This document shows positions 22,367 to 33,453 of a stretch of 64,000 nt of DNA, in pieces (the first letter of the stretch is position 1; the number at the start of each line of letters is the position of its first letter). The notes under the pieces are model-generated. The model was not told the origin of the DNA. It made no database searches and worked only from the letters and a program-made list of their open reading frames with translations. The DNA comes from Coprothermobacterota bacterium (GTDB lineage Bacteria; Coprothermobacterota; Coprothermobacteria; Coprothermobacterales; Coprothermobacteraceae), in assembly GCA_036679065.1 (NCBI GenBank), contig JAZIGN010000004.1, positions 32,001-96,000 on the forward strand. The letters run 5' to 3'. The position numbers were made by a program, and so were the translations under genes.

Positions 22367-22993
22367 ATGCAACTTCCAGTATTTGATGTGAATGGTGCCG
22401 AAGTTGCCTATGAAGATGTTAATGAAAACTTGGTAGCGGCGCCTGTGCGCGGTAGGTTGCTGCATCTGAATGTGGTGCGTGTGCTTTCTGGCAAGCGCCA
22501 TGGCACGGCATCTACTAAGAAACAGGGAGAGGTAGCAGGAAGCACAAGAAAACCTTGGCCACAGAAACACACGGGCAGGGCTCGTCACGGCTATATGAGA
22601 TCTCCCATTTGGAGAAAGGGAGCTGTGGCTTTTGGTCCTAAACCGCGTAGCTGGACTAAGGACGTCAACAAGAAACAGATTAAGCTTGCCATGGCATCCA
22701 GTTTTGGATACAGACTAAAAAATGGCGAGCTATTAATCATTGATGCAAATAGCTTCAGTGGTAAAACTCGTGAATTTAAGGCTTTTCTAAGGAATAAGCA
22801 GTTGGATGAGAAGCGCGTAACAGTGGTGTCACTGGCTAATGAACAGGGTGTTAGGCGTGCTTGTCAGAACTTGGAGAATGTTTACTATGTTCCCGTAGAG
22901 AAAGTAAATGCTTACGACTTACTCAAGGGAGATGCTGTCATAATGACTCAATCCGCGTGGGCCAGAGCACAGGAGGTGTGGGCCAATGTCTAA
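22367..22993 (+). CDS. rplD: 50S protein L4
   Basis: KPWPQKHTGRARHG, FGPKPR. Confidence 0.97.
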   Translation: MQLPVFDVNGAEVAYEDVNENLVAAPVRGRLLHLNVVRVLSGKRHGTASTKKQGEVAGSTRKPWPQKHTGRARHGYMRSPIWRKGAVAFGPKPRSWTKDVNKKQIKLAMASSFGYRLKNGELLIIDANSFSGKTREFKAFLRNKQLDEKRVTVVSLANEQGVRRACQNLENVYYVPVEKVNAYDLLKGDAVIMTQSAWARAQEVWANV

Positions 22994-23276
22994 ATCGCCT
23001 TTGGATGTACTCATAGCACCCGTACTAACAGAAAAAGCGTTGATGCTTCACAGAGAAGGCAAGTACACGTTCTACGTGAAAAAAGACGCTAACAAGGTTG
23101 ATATTAAACGTGCTGTGGAGCAGGTTTTCAATGTTAAAGTAGTGAAAGTTCATACTTCCTGCGTACGTGGGAAGCAAAAAAGAAGAGGCTATAACGTCTA
23201 CAGGACTCCTGACAAGAAGAAAGCCATCGTTCAGCTTGCTCCTGGCCAGCACATTGAACTCATTGAGGGAGTGTGA
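22986..23276 (+). CDS. rplW: 50S protein L23
   Basis: PVLTEKA, KKAIVQL. Confidence 0.97.
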   Translation: MSKSPLDVLIAPVLTEKALMLHREGKYTFYVKKDANKVDIKRAVEQVFNVKVVKVHTSCVRGKQKRRGYNVYRTPDKKKAIVQLAPGQHIELIEGV

Positions 23277-23282
23277 TATTAG

Positions 23283-24113
23283 ATGCCAGTAAGAAGATAC
23301 AAACCGGTTACGCCCAGCACCAGACACAGAGTGGTCATTGATTATAAGAGTGTAATCACAAAAACGGAGCCAGAGAAGGCACTCCTTGCACCGCTCAAGA
23401 AGAGTGGAGGCAGAAATAATGCAGGACGAATCTCTGTAAGGTCTCGTGGCGGCGGGCATAAGAGAAGGTACAGGATTATTGATTTTAAGAGGGATAAAGA
23501 TGGTATTCCGGGTAAGGTAACGTCCATTGAATATGATCCCAATAGGACTGCGTTCATCGCTTTGGTCACTTATGCAGATGGTGAGAAGCGCTACATACTA
23601 GCACCAGATGAGATCGAGGTCGGAGACGTTGTGATTTCAGGTGAAGAGGCTCCAATCAGAGTCGGTAATGCTTTACCGCTTTCCAAAATCCCCACCGGTA
23701 CAACCATTCACAATATTGAGTTGTACCCAGGACGTGGAGGGCAGCTTGTCAGGTCTGCAGGGACATGGGCACAGCTCATGGCTAAAGAAGGCGATTACGC
23801 GCATGTACGACTGCCCAGCGGTGAAATCAGGCTCATAAATGTAAAGTGCAAAGCCACTATTGGACGCGTTAGCAACCTGGATCATGAGAACGTTTCCTCA
23901 GGTAAGGCTGGAAGAACCAGATGGCTTGGTAGAAGGCCAGAGGTCAGAGGAACTGCCATGAACCCAGTGGATCACCCACATGGTGGAGGAGAAGGTAAGT
24001 CACCCATTGGGCATGCGTCTCCATTATCCCCATGGGGTTGGAAAACACTGGGCTGGAAAACGCGTCGTGGTAAGAAGCCTTCTGACAAGTTTATCGTGAA
24101 ACGGCGTAAGTAA
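23283..24113 (+). CDS. rplB: 50S protein L2
   Basis: [21 protein letters not shown]. Confidence 0.99.
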   Translation: MPVRRYKPVTPSTRHRVVIDYKSVITKTEPEKALLAPLKKSGGRNNAGRISVRSRGGGHKRRYRIIDFKRDKDGIPGKVTSIEYDPNRTAFIALVTYADGEKRYILAPDEIEVGDVVISGEEAPIRVGNALPLSKIPTGTTIHNIELYPGRGGQLVRSAGTWAQLMAKEGDYAHVRLPSGEIRLINVKCKATIGRVSNLDHENVSSGKAGRTRWLGRRPEVRGTAMNPVDHPHGGGEGKSPIGHASPLSPWGWKTLGWKTRRGKKPSDKFIVKRRK

Positions 24114-24129
24114 GCGAGGTGAATGAATA

Positions 24130-24420
24130 ATGGCATGGGATAAACCTTATCCAAGAGGAAAATACACAGATCCGAAGTTACTAAAGAAGGTTCAAAAGAT
24201 GCAGAGCACCGGCGATAAGCGTATTATAAAAACTTGGAGTCGGAGGAGCACCATTACTCCAGAGATGGTTGGGCTCACCATTGCTGTTTATAATGGAAAA
24301 GTACACATACCCGTGTATATAACTCAGCAAATGGTGGGGCACAAGCTGGGCGAATTTGCCATTACAAGGAACTTCCGGGGCCACGGTGAACCGGTTGAGC
24401 GTTCCAGTGCGTTGAAGTGA
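24130..24420 (+). CDS. rpsS: 30S protein S19
   Basis: [18 protein letters not shown]. Confidence 0.97.
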   Translation: MAWDKPYPRGKYTDPKLLKKVQKMQSTGDKRIIKTWSRRSTITPEMVGLTIAVYNGKVHIPVYITQQMVGHKLGEFAITRNFRGHGEPVERSSALK

Positions 24421-24432
24421 GGTGTAAAGGTC

Positions 24433-24777
24433 ATGGAAGAACAACAAATGGCTAAGGCAACAGCAAAATACGTCAGAATATCGCCCAGAAAGGCTCGCCT
24501 AGTAGTGGACGAAATCAGGAACAAGTCTGTTTCTGAAGCCAGGGCGATTTTGAAGTACTCTCCCAATAAGGCTGCCAGGTTTACGCTAAAAGTTCTGGAC
24601 TCTGCAGTGGCAAATGCAGTCAATAATAATGGGTTGGACGAGGAACGCCTGTATGTGTATCGTGCTTTTGTGGATGAAGGACCGAGGCTGAAGAGGTATT
24701 ATCCTCGTGCTTTCGGTAGAGCGGACATCATGAAAAGGCGTCTTAGTCACATAACCGTCATCGTTAAAGAGAGATAG
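24433..24777 (+). CDS. rplV: 50S protein L22
   Basis: [19 protein letters not shown]. Confidence 0.97.
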   Translation: MEEQQMAKATAKYVRISPRKARLVVDEIRNKSVSEARAILKYSPNKAARFTLKVLDSAVANAVNNNGLDEERLYVYRAFVDEGPRLKRYYPRAFGRADIMKRRLSHITVIVKER

Positions 24778-24790
24778 GGGGAGAAGAGCA

Positions 24791-25495
24791 GTGGGTCAAA
24801 AAATACATCCTTACGGTTTTAGATTGGGTGTTACAAAGAATTGGCGCAGCCGATGGGTTGCACCCTTCGAGAAATACCCTGAATACATTGTCCAGGATGA
24901 AAAAATCAGGACACTTATAAACAAGCACTATGGTCATGCAGGTATCGCCTCTGTGGAGATAGAGCGATTGGGCAACAAGATGCGCGTCATCATTTGGACT
25001 GCAAGGCCTGGCATGATCATTGGAAAACAGGGTGCTGAAATTGAGAGGCTCAGAGAAGAAATCGTAAAACTGCTTAAGAACGATTATGAAGTGAGAATAG
25101 CCATTTACGAGGTAAAGAATCCAGAAATTGATGCACAAATTGTTTCCGATAGCATAGCGCGTCAAATTGAACGCCGTGTTAGCTACAAGAGGGCGATGAA
25201 GCAGGCAATAAGCAGAGCCATACGTTCCGGCGCTCAGGGCATAAAGATCGCCGTTTCCGGACGCCTGGGCGGAGCAGAAATAGCTCGCCGTGAATGGTTC
25301 GTACAGGGCAAACTGCCTTTATCCACTCTAAAATCTGATGTGGACTATGGCTACAGCATTGCCGTAACGAAATACGGCACCATTGGTGTGAAGTGCTGGA
25401 TTTACAAAGGAGACGTAGAGGACTTGCAAGAACTTCTACCTCCGAGAGGCCTAGAAAAGGCAGAGAGGAGGCCAGAGAGACATGCTAATGCCTAA
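24791..25495 (+). CDS. rpsC: 30S protein S3
   Basis: GQKIHPYGFRLG, GRLGGAEIAR. Confidence 0.98.
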   Translation: MGQKIHPYGFRLGVTKNWRSRWVAPFEKYPEYIVQDEKIRTLINKHYGHAGIASVEIERLGNKMRVIIWTARPGMIIGKQGAEIERLREEIVKLLKNDYEVRIAIYEVKNPEIDAQIVSDSIARQIERRVSYKRAMKQAISRAIRSGAQGIKIAVSGRLGGAEIARREWFVQGKLPLSTLKSDVDYGYSIAVTKYGTIGVKCWIYKGDVEDLQELLPPRGLEKAERRPERHANA

Positions 25496-25889
25496 ACGTG
25501 TGAAGTACAGAAAGAACCATTTACCACACATAAAAGGAAAAGAAACCAGAGGTCTAAAGCTGGCTTTCGGCGACTACGGTATACAGGCAGTAGGTCGTGG
25601 TTATGTGGATTCTCGCATGATTGAATCCTGCCGTGTCATCATGGCCAAGAACATTGGAAAGACTGGTAAGTACTGGATAAGAATATTCCCAGACGTGGCT
25701 TGGACTAAGAAACCACTTGAAGTGAGAATGGGTGGAGGAAAAGGAGATCCTGAGAAATGGATTTTCCCAGTAAAACCAGGAAGGATCATGTTCGAGCTAA
25801 CCGGAGTTGATGAGGACACAGCTAAGCACATTGCTAGGTTAATAGGATTCCGCCTACCTTTTGAGGTTAGGTTAATTAGTCGTGTGTAA
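25482..25889 (+). CDS. rplP: 50S protein L16
   Basis: MLMPKRVKYRK, WIRIFPD, RMGGGKG. Confidence 0.97.
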   Translation: MLMPKRVKYRKNHLPHIKGKETRGLKLAFGDYGIQAVGRGYVDSRMIESCRVIMAKNIGKTGKYWIRIFPDVAWTKKPLEVRMGGGKGDPEKWIFPVKPGRIMFELTGVDEDTAKHIARLIGFRLPFEVRLISRV

Positions 25890-25895
25890 GGGAAG

Positions 25896-26099
25896 GTGCA
25901 GCTCATGCAAGGGACAGAATTGAGAGAAAAAACAACGGAAGAATTAGAAGCTTTGCTAAAAGAGTTAAGAGCAAAATTGGTGAATCTGAAATTCCAGCTT
26001 GCAGTGGGTAAGCTGACAGATCATACCGCAATTACAAAGACGAAAAGAGATATTGCACGAGTACTCACAGTGCTAAGAGAGAGGGGTATAAAGCTATGA
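25896..26099 (+). CDS. rpmC: 50S protein L29
   Basis: [13 protein letters not shown]. Confidence 0.95.
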   Translation: MQLMQGTELREKTTEELEALLKELRAKLVNLKFQLAVGKLTDHTAITKTKRDIARVLTVLRERGIKL

Positions 26100-26383
26100 G
26101 GCGTCGATTTGTTGGCGTTGTCGTGTCGGACAAAATGGATAAAACCCGCGTTGTTATAGCCGAGCGCATGGAAAGGCATCCTCTTTACAAGAAGGAGATG
26201 CGCAGGAATACAAAATTCTATGTGCATGACGAAAACAATGTTTCCAAGGAGGGCGACGTTGTTCTAATCGAGGAATTCCGCCCCATGTCTCGGCTAAAAC
26301 GCTTCAATTTGGTAAAGGTTCTCGGTAGGAAGCAGCTTGAGGAGGAGGTTGAAGAAGATGATCAGACCTTACACGAAGCTTAG
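26096..26383 (+). CDS. rpsQ: 30S protein S17
   Basis: [17 protein letters not shown]. Confidence 0.97.
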   Translation: MRRRFVGVVVSDKMDKTRVVIAERMERHPLYKKEMRRNTKFYVHDENNVSKEGDVVLIEEFRPMSRLKRFNLVKVLGRKQLEEEVEEDDQTLHEA

Positions 26384-26726
26384 GGTTGCTGATAATACTG
26401 GTGTGAAGACCATCCAAGTGATCCGAGTGCTGAGGGGCCCCAGGGTTGCCTACGGGACCATCGGTGACATTGTGGTAGCTAACGTTCGAGAGGTTTTACC
26501 GAACAGTGATTACAAGAAGGGTGACATCGTAAAAGCCGTGGTTGTTCGTTTGGCTAAAGAAATCAAGAGGCCTGATGGTACGTGCGTGAAGTTTGATGAC
26601 AACGCGGCAGTTATTATCGATCAATTTGGCGAGCCCAGTGGAACGCGTGTATTTGGACCGGTGGCTCGTGAGCTCAGAGAAAAGGGGTATTTGAAGATCA
26701 TTTCACTTGCCCCTGAAGTGTTGTAG
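26358..26726 (+). CDS. rplN: 50S protein L14
   Basis: VADNTG, FDDNAAV, SLAPEVL. Confidence 0.98.
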   Translation: MIRPYTKLRVADNTGVKTIQVIRVLRGPRVAYGTIGDIVVANVREVLPNSDYKKGDIVKAVVVRLAKEIKRPDGTCVKFDDNAAVIIDQFGEPSGTRVFGPVARELREKGYLKIISLAPEVL

Positions 26727-26744
26727 TGGTGGAGGTCGAATAGT

Positions 26745-27062
26745 ATGAAGTTGAACATAAAAACGGGCGACCTGGTAGAGGTTATAAGCGGCAAGGAAAA
26801 AGGTAAACGCGGCAAAGTGACTAAGGCTTTCCCAAAAGAAAACAAAGTTGTGGTCCAAGGAGTGAACATCATAACTAAGGCAATGAGGCCCACCCAGAAG
26901 GACCCACAAGGTGGACTCAAGAAATTCGAAGCGCCCATTTTCGCCAATAAGGTCATGGTAGTTTGTCCCAAATGCGATAAACCAACGAGGATCGGGCACA
27001 AGTTCTTGGAAGATGGTAAGAAAGTGCGCGTTTGCGTTCGTTGCGGCGAAGTTCTGGATTAA
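26745..27062 (+). CDS. rplX: 50S protein L24
   Basis: [19 protein letters not shown]. Confidence 0.97.
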   Translation: MKLNIKTGDLVEVISGKEKGKRGKVTKAFPKENKVVVQGVNIITKAMRPTQKDPQGGLKKFEAPIFANKVMVVCPKCDKPTRIGHKFLEDGKKVRVCVRCGEVLD

Positions 27063-27081
27063 GCTTTGGGAGGGTTGAGCG

Positions 27082-27621
27082 ATGAGTTTGAAGGAAAAGT
27101 ATGAAAACGAAGTTAAACCATACATGATGAAAAAGTTTGGTTACAAGAACGTGATGCAGGTCCCGAAAGTGGTAAAGGTCACACTTAACCGCGGCTTGGG
27201 AGAGGCTTTGCAGAACCCAAGAGCTATTGAAGTTACCACGAAGGAATTTGAGATCATAACAGGCCAAAAACCACTGGTTAGGAGATCGAAGAAGAATGTG
27301 GCTGCGTTTAAGCTAAGAAAGGGTGCTCCAATCGGGGTTAGTGTTACCTTGAGAAAGAATAAAATGTGGGATTTCATGGAGCATCTCATTAATGATGTTC
27401 TTCCCAGGGTGCGTGACTTCAGGGGTCTTAACCCGCGTTCTTTTGATGGCAGAGGAAACTACAACTTTGGTCTTTTAGAAGACTTGGTTTTTCCAGAGAT
27501 ATCTTACGATATGATCGATAAAACTAGGGGTTTGGGTATTTCCATAACCACTACGGCAAAAACTGACGAGGAGGCCTTTGAACTCTTGAAGGCATTGGGC
27601 TTCCCGTTCATGGAACGATAA
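27082..27621 (+). CDS. rplE: 50S protein L5
   Basis: [15 protein letters not shown]. Confidence 0.98.
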   Translation: MSLKEKYENEVKPYMMKKFGYKNVMQVPKVVKVTLNRGLGEALQNPRAIEVTTKEFEIITGQKPLVRRSKKNVAAFKLRKGAPIGVSVTLRKNKMWDFMEHLINDVLPRVRDFRGLNPRSFDGRGNYNFGLLEDLVFPEISYDMIDKTRGLGISITTTAKTDEEAFELLKALGFPFMER

Positions 27622-27641
27622 ATAGGAATAAGGAGGTTAGT

Positions 27642-27827
27642 ATGGCCAGAAAAGCACTGAAAATAAAAGCTGAGAAGGAGCCTAAATTCTCTACTCGTAA
27701 GTACACCAGATGCAAAATATGCGGCAGGTCCAGGGCTGTCTACAGAGACTTTGGGATTTGTCGTTTGTGTCTGCGCGAACTTGCTCATAAGGGTTCCATT
27801 CCGGGTCTAAAGAAAGCTTCTTGGTGA
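27642..27827 (+). CDS. rpsN: 30S protein S14, Zn-binding type Z
   Basis: 61 aa, CKIC...CRLC, KASW. Confidence 0.97.
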   Translation: MARKALKIKAEKEPKFSTRKYTRCKICGRSRAVYRDFGICRLCLRELAHKGSIPGLKKASW

Positions 27828-27839
27828 GGTGAAGTGAAT

Positions 27840-28238
27840 ATGGTTCAAGATACAATATCTGATTTGTTGATAAGACTAAAAAACGCTAGCCATGCTCGCT
27901 TAGAAAGGGTGGAAGGTATCCCTTATGGTAAGTACCAAGAAGAAATATTAAAAGTTTTGGTACGCGAGGGCTACATTAAGAGTTACGAGGTTGAAGAAAA
28001 GGAAGGAAAAAAGTACCTCAGTGTGCAACTCAAGTTTGGCCCTGGAAAGCAGCCTGTGCTTAATGAAGTCAGACTTATAAGTGTACCTTCTCGTAGGATT
28101 TACGCTAAGAAGAATGATATTCCCAAGGTGATGAATGGTCTGGGCATTGCGATTCTGACAACGTCGGCTGGTGTACTGTCTGATGCTGAAGCACGTCAAA
28201 AAGGTGTCGGCGGTCAAATAATCTGCTACGTTTGGTGA
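27840..28238 (+). CDS. rpsH: 30S protein S8
   Basis: DLLIRLKNA, GLGIAILTTS. Confidence 0.97.
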   Translation: MVQDTISDLLIRLKNASHARLERVEGIPYGKYQEEILKVLVREGYIKSYEVEEKEGKKYLSVQLKFGPGKQPVLNEVRLISVPSRRIYAKKNDIPKVMNGLGIAILTTSAGVLSDAEARQKGVGGQIICYVW

Positions 28239-28249
28239 GGTGGTCATAA

Positions 28250-28795
28250 ATGTCAAGAATAGGTAAAAAGCCAGTCGTTGTTCCAAAAGGTGTGACCGTC
28301 ACCATTGACGGTAGCACAGTTACCGTGAAAGGACCGAAAGGTACTTTGACTCGCACCTTTGATCCGCGCATAAAAATCTCTTTGGTTGATGACCAGGTTA
28401 TTGTGGAAAGGACCTCTGAAGAAAAAGAGGTAAAGGCGCTCCACGGAACCACACGTGCACTCATTCAGAATATGGTTACGGGTGTAAGTGATGGTTTTTC
28501 TATGACATTGAAAATTCGTGGCGTGGGTTACCGTGCGGAGCTTAAAGGTAAGGATTTACAGTTGTCGTTGGGTTTCTCACATCCTGTGGTTATTCAGAGC
28601 ATCGAGGGCGTTCAGTTTCAGGTGCCCTCTGCTGACACGGTAGTCATTAGTGGCATTGACAAACATTTGGTAACGCAGGTTGCCGCAAACATAAGAAGAT
28701 ACAGAATCCCCGATGCTTACAAGGGCAAAGGTATTTGGTATGAAGGTGAGCAGAGAACCTTAAAGCCCGGAAAAGCTGTGGGTAAAGGCAAGTAA
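28250..28795 (+). CDS. rplF: 50S protein L6
   Basis: MSRIGKKP, GVGYRA, YKGKG. Confidence 0.98.
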   Translation: MSRIGKKPVVVPKGVTVTIDGSTVTVKGPKGTLTRTFDPRIKISLVDDQVIVERTSEEKEVKALHGTTRALIQNMVTGVSDGFSMTLKIRGVGYRAELKGKDLQLSLGFSHPVVIQSIEGVQFQVPSADTVVISGIDKHLVTQVAANIRRYRIPDAYKGKGIWYEGEQRTLKPGKAVGKGK

Positions 28796-28807
28796 TATGG
28801 GAGGTGC

Positions 28808-29182
28808 ATGAGTTTGATTGTGGAAGCATCTAGAGCAGAACTAAGAAGGGTAAGACATAAAAGGATAAGAAAGCACATAACCGGGACAGCTGAAAGGCCC
28901 AGGCTCTGTGTATTCCGGTCTTCAAGGCACATCTATGCACAGATCATCGATGATCAGAACGGTCACACATTGGTTTCTGCTTCCACCTTGGAGGAGCAGC
29001 TGCGTGATCAGGTTAAGGGCTTAAAAAAGACTGAGCAGGCAGCTGCGGTAGGCAGATTGATTGCAGAAAGGGCACTGGAAAAAGGTATAAAAACTGTGGT
29101 TTTTGACCGCGGTGGCTATAAGTATCACGGACGAGTAAAGGCTTTAGCTGACGCGTCTCGTGAAGCCGGGTTGGAGTTCTAG
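28808..29182 (+). CDS. rplR: 50S protein L18
   Basis: [21 protein letters not shown]. Confidence 0.98.
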   Translation: MSLIVEASRAELRRVRHKRIRKHITGTAERPRLCVFRSSRHIYAQIIDDQNGHTLVSASTLEEQLRDQVKGLKKTEQAAAVGRLIAERALEKGIKTVVFDRGGYKYHGRVKALADASREAGLEF

Positions 29183-29195
29183 GAGGTGTGCTTGA

Positions 29196-29684
29196 ATGGA
29201 CATGACTAATTTGCAGGAAAGGGTTATCGAGATACGCAGGGTTGCCCGTGTTGTAAAAGGCGGTAAAAGACTTCGTTTCAGAGCGCTTGTAGTAGTAGGT
29301 GACGGCGAAGGACACGTGGGTGTGGGTATCGGCAAAGCTGGAGAAGTACCAGATGCTGTTGCAAAAGCCGTAACGCGTGCTCGGAAAAACATGATTGAAG
29401 TGCCATTAGCGGGTACCACAGTGCCCCACACGGTCATTGCTAAGGCTGAAACCTCCACCGTACTCATAAAGCCTGCCGTAAAGGGAACAGGAGTACTGGC
29501 GGGGCAAACAGTGAGAGCTATTTTGGAAATGGCTGGCATCAAGGACGTCATCACAAAATCCATGGGCTCAACCAATCCTGTAAACCTAGCATATGCTACC
29601 GTGGAAGCTTTAAAGTCTCTGAAAAAGCCCAGAGAAGTTGCAGAATTAAGAGGCGTTTCCATAGAGCAAATACTTAAAAGGTAA
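29196..29684 (+). CDS. rpsE: 30S protein S5
   Basis: VVKGGKRLRFRALVVVGD. Confidence 0.98.
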   Translation: MDMTNLQERVIEIRRVARVVKGGKRLRFRALVVVGDGEGHVGVGIGKAGEVPDAVAKAVTRARKNMIEVPLAGTTVPHTVIAKAETSTVLIKPAVKGTGVLAGQTVRAILEMAGIKDVITKSMGSTNPVNLAYATVEALKSLKKPREVAELRGVSIEQILKR

Positions 29685-29698
29685 TGAGGTGATCGAAA

Positions 29699-30148
29699 AT
29701 GAGATTGCATACGCTACAACCTGCACCTGGAGCTAAGAGCAATAAGAAAAGAGTTGGTAGAGGTACGTCTTCGGGACATGGAAAAACATCGGGCTTCGGC
29801 CATAAGGGTCAGAAGGCACGGTCCGGGCGTGTTGGAAAACGTGGTTTTGAAGGAGGACAAACACCTCTTTACAAGAAGTTACCCAAAATAATGAGGTTCA
29901 AGAATTACCCCTTTAAGGTTGAATACGAAGTTGTGAATGTGGAAAAGCTTAATCGTTTTGAGAACGGATCGGTGGTGGATCTTGGAACGCTCGTTGATAC
30001 TGGTCTGGTGAGTTCTTTGTCGGCAAAGGTGAAAATTCTTGGCCAAGGAGAGATTACAAAGGCTCTTCAGGTAAAGGTTCACGCTGTGAGTCAATCAGCC
30101 AAAAAGAAAATAGAGGCTGCAGGTGGTTCCGTTGAGGTGGTGGACTGA
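29699..30148 (+). CDS. rplO: 50S protein L15
   Basis: RVGRG, GHKGQKAR, FEGGQTPL. Confidence 0.98.
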   Translation: MRLHTLQPAPGAKSNKKRVGRGTSSGHGKTSGFGHKGQKARSGRVGKRGFEGGQTPLYKKLPKIMRFKNYPFKVEYEVVNVEKLNRFENGSVVDLGTLVDTGLVSSLSAKVKILGQGEITKALQVKVHAVSQSAKKKIEAAGGSVEVVD

Positions 30149-31438
30149 ATGTGGCAAGTGCTGAAGGCGTCATGGGAGTTTAAAGAAACTCGTGCTCGCA
30201 TCTTGTACACGGTGCTGTTTCTGGTTATCTTCCGTGCCGGAACATTTTTGCCCATACCTGGTGTGAATCCTGAAGCCATTACAGTTTTGCAGGAACAAGC
30301 TGGTTTTTTGGGCATTCTCAACTTCTTTACGGGTGGTTCATCTTACTACACGATTTCCATATTTACTCTGGGAGTACTGCCATACATTAACGCGTCCATC
30401 ATCATGCAGCTGTTGGGAGTGATTTTCCCAGCATTGGAAAACCTTCGTAAAGAAGGGGAAGAAGGAAGAAAGAAACTTCAGATGTATGTTAGGTGGCTTG
30501 GGGCTGCCTTATCCGTGGTTATGTCCTATGCCGCTTACCTTTATTTCTCTTACGGCTTGGCCGTAGGAGGAACTTCACTCATAGCACCGAGTTTCCAATC
30601 AGCGGTGGTAACCACTTTAATTCTGGCAGCTGGGTCCATGTTCTTGGTGTGGCTTGGTGAAGTGTTTACTATGAAGGGCCTGGGAAACGGTGTTTCTCTT
30701 ATCATCTTCTCAGGCATACTTGCTCGCGTAGTACCTTCCTTAATACAGTTTTTCCAAACCTCGAAGAGTACTGGTACAAGCATACTTTCGTTAGTTGTCG
30801 CAGTCATCTTTGGTCTGGTTCTCGTATTCATTACCACTGCTGCATATCTTGCTGAACGTAAGATACCAGTGCAGTACGCAAGCCGTATCAGGGGAACCAA
30901 GGTTTATGGAGGACAGGCAACCACTATCCCCATAAGACTACTGCAAGCTGGCGTTATGCCTATCATCTTTGCTTCAGCATTCATTAACGCACCTACGGTG
31001 ATTTCTGGATGGTTTCCACAGTCAGGCTTCACCAAATGGTGGAACATGTATTTTAATCACATGACCATTTGGTACAATCTGGCATATTTCATTTTGGTCA
31101 TATTCTTTGCCTACTTCTACAACACCATTGCCTATGATCCTGACGAAATTGCAAAGAACATTCAAAAGCAAGGTGGATTCATACCCGGAATACGACCAGG
31201 TAAACCCACAGCTGATTACATCGCAGGAGTGATTTATCGCCTAACACTGCCGGCCTCCATTTTCTTGGGCTTAGTTGCAGTACTTCCCGATTTGTTCATG
31301 CAACTGTTTGGCATGGGAAGGCTTTTCCTTTTCGGAGGAACGTCGTTGCTCATTGTCATTGGTGTGGCTCTGGAAATCTTCCGTCAGCTCGAGGCGTATG
31401 TCCAGCTTAGACACTACAAAGGCTTCCTGGAGCTTTAA
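30149..31438 (+). CDS. secY: Preprotein translocase SecY
   Basis: LGVLPYINASII, GNGVSLIIF, IPGIRPG, GGTSLLI. Confidence 0.98.
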   Translation: MWQVLKASWEFKETRARILYTVLFLVIFRAGTFLPIPGVNPEAITVLQEQAGFLGILNFFTGGSSYYTISIFTLGVLPYINASIIMQLLGVIFPALENLRKEGEEGRKKLQMYVRWLGAALSVVMSYAAYLYFSYGLAVGGTSLIAPSFQSAVVTTLILAAGSMFLVWLGEVFTMKGLGNGVSLIIFSGILARVVPSLIQFFQTSKSTGTSILSLVVAVIFGLVLVFITTAAYLAERKIPVQYASRIRGTKVYGGQATTIPIRLLQAGVMPIIFASAFINAPTVISGWFPQSGFTKWWNMYFNHMTIWYNLAYFILVIFFAYFYNTIAYDPDEIAKNIQKQGGFIPGIRPGKPTADYIAGVIYRLTLPASIFLGLVAVLPDLFMQLFGMGRLFLFGGTSLLIVIGVALEIFRQLEAYVQLRHYKGFLEL

Positions 31439-31440
31439 GA

Positions 31441-32076
31441 ATGATTAGGTACGTCATTTTTCTTGGAAAACCTGGGTCTGGTAAAGGTACTCAGGCCCAG
31501 TATTTTTCAAGATTTGGGTGGATCCATCTTTCCACTGGAGAACTATTCAGGAGGCACTTGCAGGAGAAGACAGTTTTGGGCTCCGAAGTGGAACAATTTG
31601 TAAAAAAAGGCGATTTGGTACCTGATGATGTCACTTTTAGCTTGGTAGAAGACTTTCTGACTAAGGCAAAACCTGATTCAAGGATCATATTCGACGGTTT
31701 TCCACGTAGTGAGAACCAAGCGCGACTACTCGAAGACTGGACTGAAAAGACGAGAGCCTTACTTGTAGCTGCGGTAGAGTTTTTCCTTCCAGATGACGAG
31801 GCTGTAAGAAGATTGCTAAACCGGTATTACTGTCCCACGTGCGGGTATGTAAGCAATGAGCCGGGTTTATGTCCGAACGATGGGAGTTCTCTGGTAAAAA
31901 GGACTGATGATAGTGAGGAGGTAGTAAGGAAACGCCTTGCTGACTATGAATCTTACGCGCCTCAGCTAAGGACTTTTTACCGCAGGAAAGGAAAGTACTT
32001 AGCTATTGACGCTACAAAAAAGCCTTCACAGATAAGTAAGTTTTTGGAAAGCGTGATGTTGAGAAATGACTTATGA
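31441..32076 (+). CDS. adk: Adenylate kinase
   Basis: GKPGSGKGTQ, DGFPR, Zn-type LID. Confidence 0.95.
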   Translation: MIRYVIFLGKPGSGKGTQAQYFSRFGWIHLSTGELFRRHLQEKTVLGSEVEQFVKKGDLVPDDVTFSLVEDFLTKAKPDSRIIFDGFPRSENQARLLEDWTEKTRALLVAAVEFFLPDDEAVRRLLNRYYCPTCGYVSNEPGLCPNDGSSLVKRTDDSEEVVRKRLADYESYAPQLRTFYRRKGKYLAIDATKKPSQISKFLESVMLRNDL

Positions 32077-32809
32077 CAAGAATGCGTTAAAGCAGATGCG
32101 CGAAGCAGGTATTCGTCTTACCGAGGTCATTCATAAGCTTAAGGAACAAGTGGTTCCGGGTGTAACGGGCGAGGAATTAGACGCCATAGCCGAAAAGTTA
32201 ATACTGTCTTTGGATTCCATACCTTCATTTAAGGGCTATGGAGGTTTTCCTGCGTCCATATGTGTGTCTGTGGATGATGTGGTTATTCATGGCATACCCT
32301 CAAAGAGGCCATTACTGCCTGGTCAGCTGGTTAGTATTGATCTGGGTTTGGTCTATGATGGTTGGAACAGTGATGCGGCCTTCACAGTGATTCTGCCACC
32401 TGTACAGGAAAACAAGCAAAAGCTCTCTGATGTTACGTTGAAGGCTTTGCGAAGTGGTGTGACAGCCATAAAACCTGGAGTCCATTTAGGAGACGTCTCG
32501 GCGCAAATACAGAAAGTGGCTCAAGAAGCTGGAGTGGGCATTGTCAGGGATTTTACTGGTCATGGCATTGGGCGGCACTTGCATGAGGACCCTCCAATTC
32601 CCAATTTCGGTCGTCCTCATACTGGACCTGTGTTAAGGCCGTACATGTTTTTGGCAGTGGAGCCCATGTTTACAGAAGGGAACGGTTGTGTGGTCATTGA
32701 AGCCGATGGGTGGACTGTGAGAACTTGTGACCACAGTAATGCGGCTCATTTTGAGTTTACTGTGGCAGTTACTGATAACGGTGCGGAGGTTTTAACGCCG
32801 CATGTGTAG
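32066..32809 (+). CDS. map: Methionine aminopeptidase type I
   Basis: HGIP, GHGIG, HEDP, EPM. Confidence 0.95.
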   Translation: MTYDKNALKQMREAGIRLTEVIHKLKEQVVPGVTGEELDAIAEKLILSLDSIPSFKGYGGFPASICVSVDDVVIHGIPSKRPLLPGQLVSIDLGLVYDGWNSDAAFTVILPPVQENKQKLSDVTLKALRSGVTAIKPGVHLGDVSAQIQKVAQEAGVGIVRDFTGHGIGRHLHEDPPIPNFGRPHTGPVLRPYMFLAVEPMFTEGNGCVVIEADGWTVRTCDHSNAAHFEFTVAVTDNGAEVLTPHV

Positions 32810-33089
32810 TGGTAACACTACCAGTAGTAACAGTGATAAGGTTGCACGTAACATTTCTGTGGGTGATGTGGTAAAATCTCTCAGCGGACGCACCAAAGGG
32901 CGTTATTTTGTGGTAATTGCTGAGAATGACAGATATGTTTTCTTAAGCGATGGCGAAAAATGGACCATTGGTAAGTCCAAAAAGAAGAATAGAAAACACG
33001 TGGAAGGTGTAGGGTTAAAAGTGGAACGCATTTCTGATGAAGAAATAAAGCGTTTTTTGCGTGATTTATCACGCGGAGGGAATGATTAA
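32802..33089 (+). CDS. KOW-domain RNA-binding protein (L14e-like)
   Basis: [23 protein letters not shown]; position between map and infA. Confidence 0.8.
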   Translation: MCSGNTTSSNSDKVARNISVGDVVKSLSGRTKGRYFVVIAENDRYVFLSDGEKWTIGKSKKKNRKHVEGVGLKVERISDEEIKRFLRDLSRGGND

Positions 33090-33310
33090 TGTCGTCTGGG
33101 AAAAAAGATGTCATAGAAGTTGAAGGGATCGTTTTAGAGAAGCTGCCTAATGCAACGTTCAGAGTGCAGCTCCCTGGTGGTAAGGTTATTACGGCTTACA
33201 CTTCTGGTAAAATGCGGATGAATTTCATCCGAATCTTGCCTGGTGACAAGGTTAAGGTAGAGATTTCTACTTACGATCCTGATCGTGGAAGAATAGTTTA
33301 CAGACTTTAG
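33089..33310 (+). CDS. infA: Initiation factor IF-1
   Basis: [23 protein letters not shown]. Confidence 0.98.
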   Translation: MSSGKKDVIEVEGIVLEKLPNATFRVQLPGGKVITAYTSGKMRMNFIRILPGDKVKVEISTYDPDRGRIVYRL

Positions 33311-33326
33311 AAGGAGTGATCTTGAG

Positions 33327-33440
33327 GTGAAAGTACGTCCGTCAGTAAAAAAGATTTGTGACAAATGCCAAATTGTCCGAAGGAAAGGCCGTGTGTATGT
33401 CATTTGCGAAAATCCAAAGCACAAGCAGAGACAAGGTTAG
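33327..33440 (+). CDS. rpmJ: 50S protein L36 (not in ORF track)
   Basis: Manual translation [37 protein letters not shown]. Confidence 0.97.
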   Translation: MKVRPSVKKICDKCQIVRRKGRVYVICENPKHKQRQG

Positions 33441-33453
33441 GAGGTGCAGTTAG

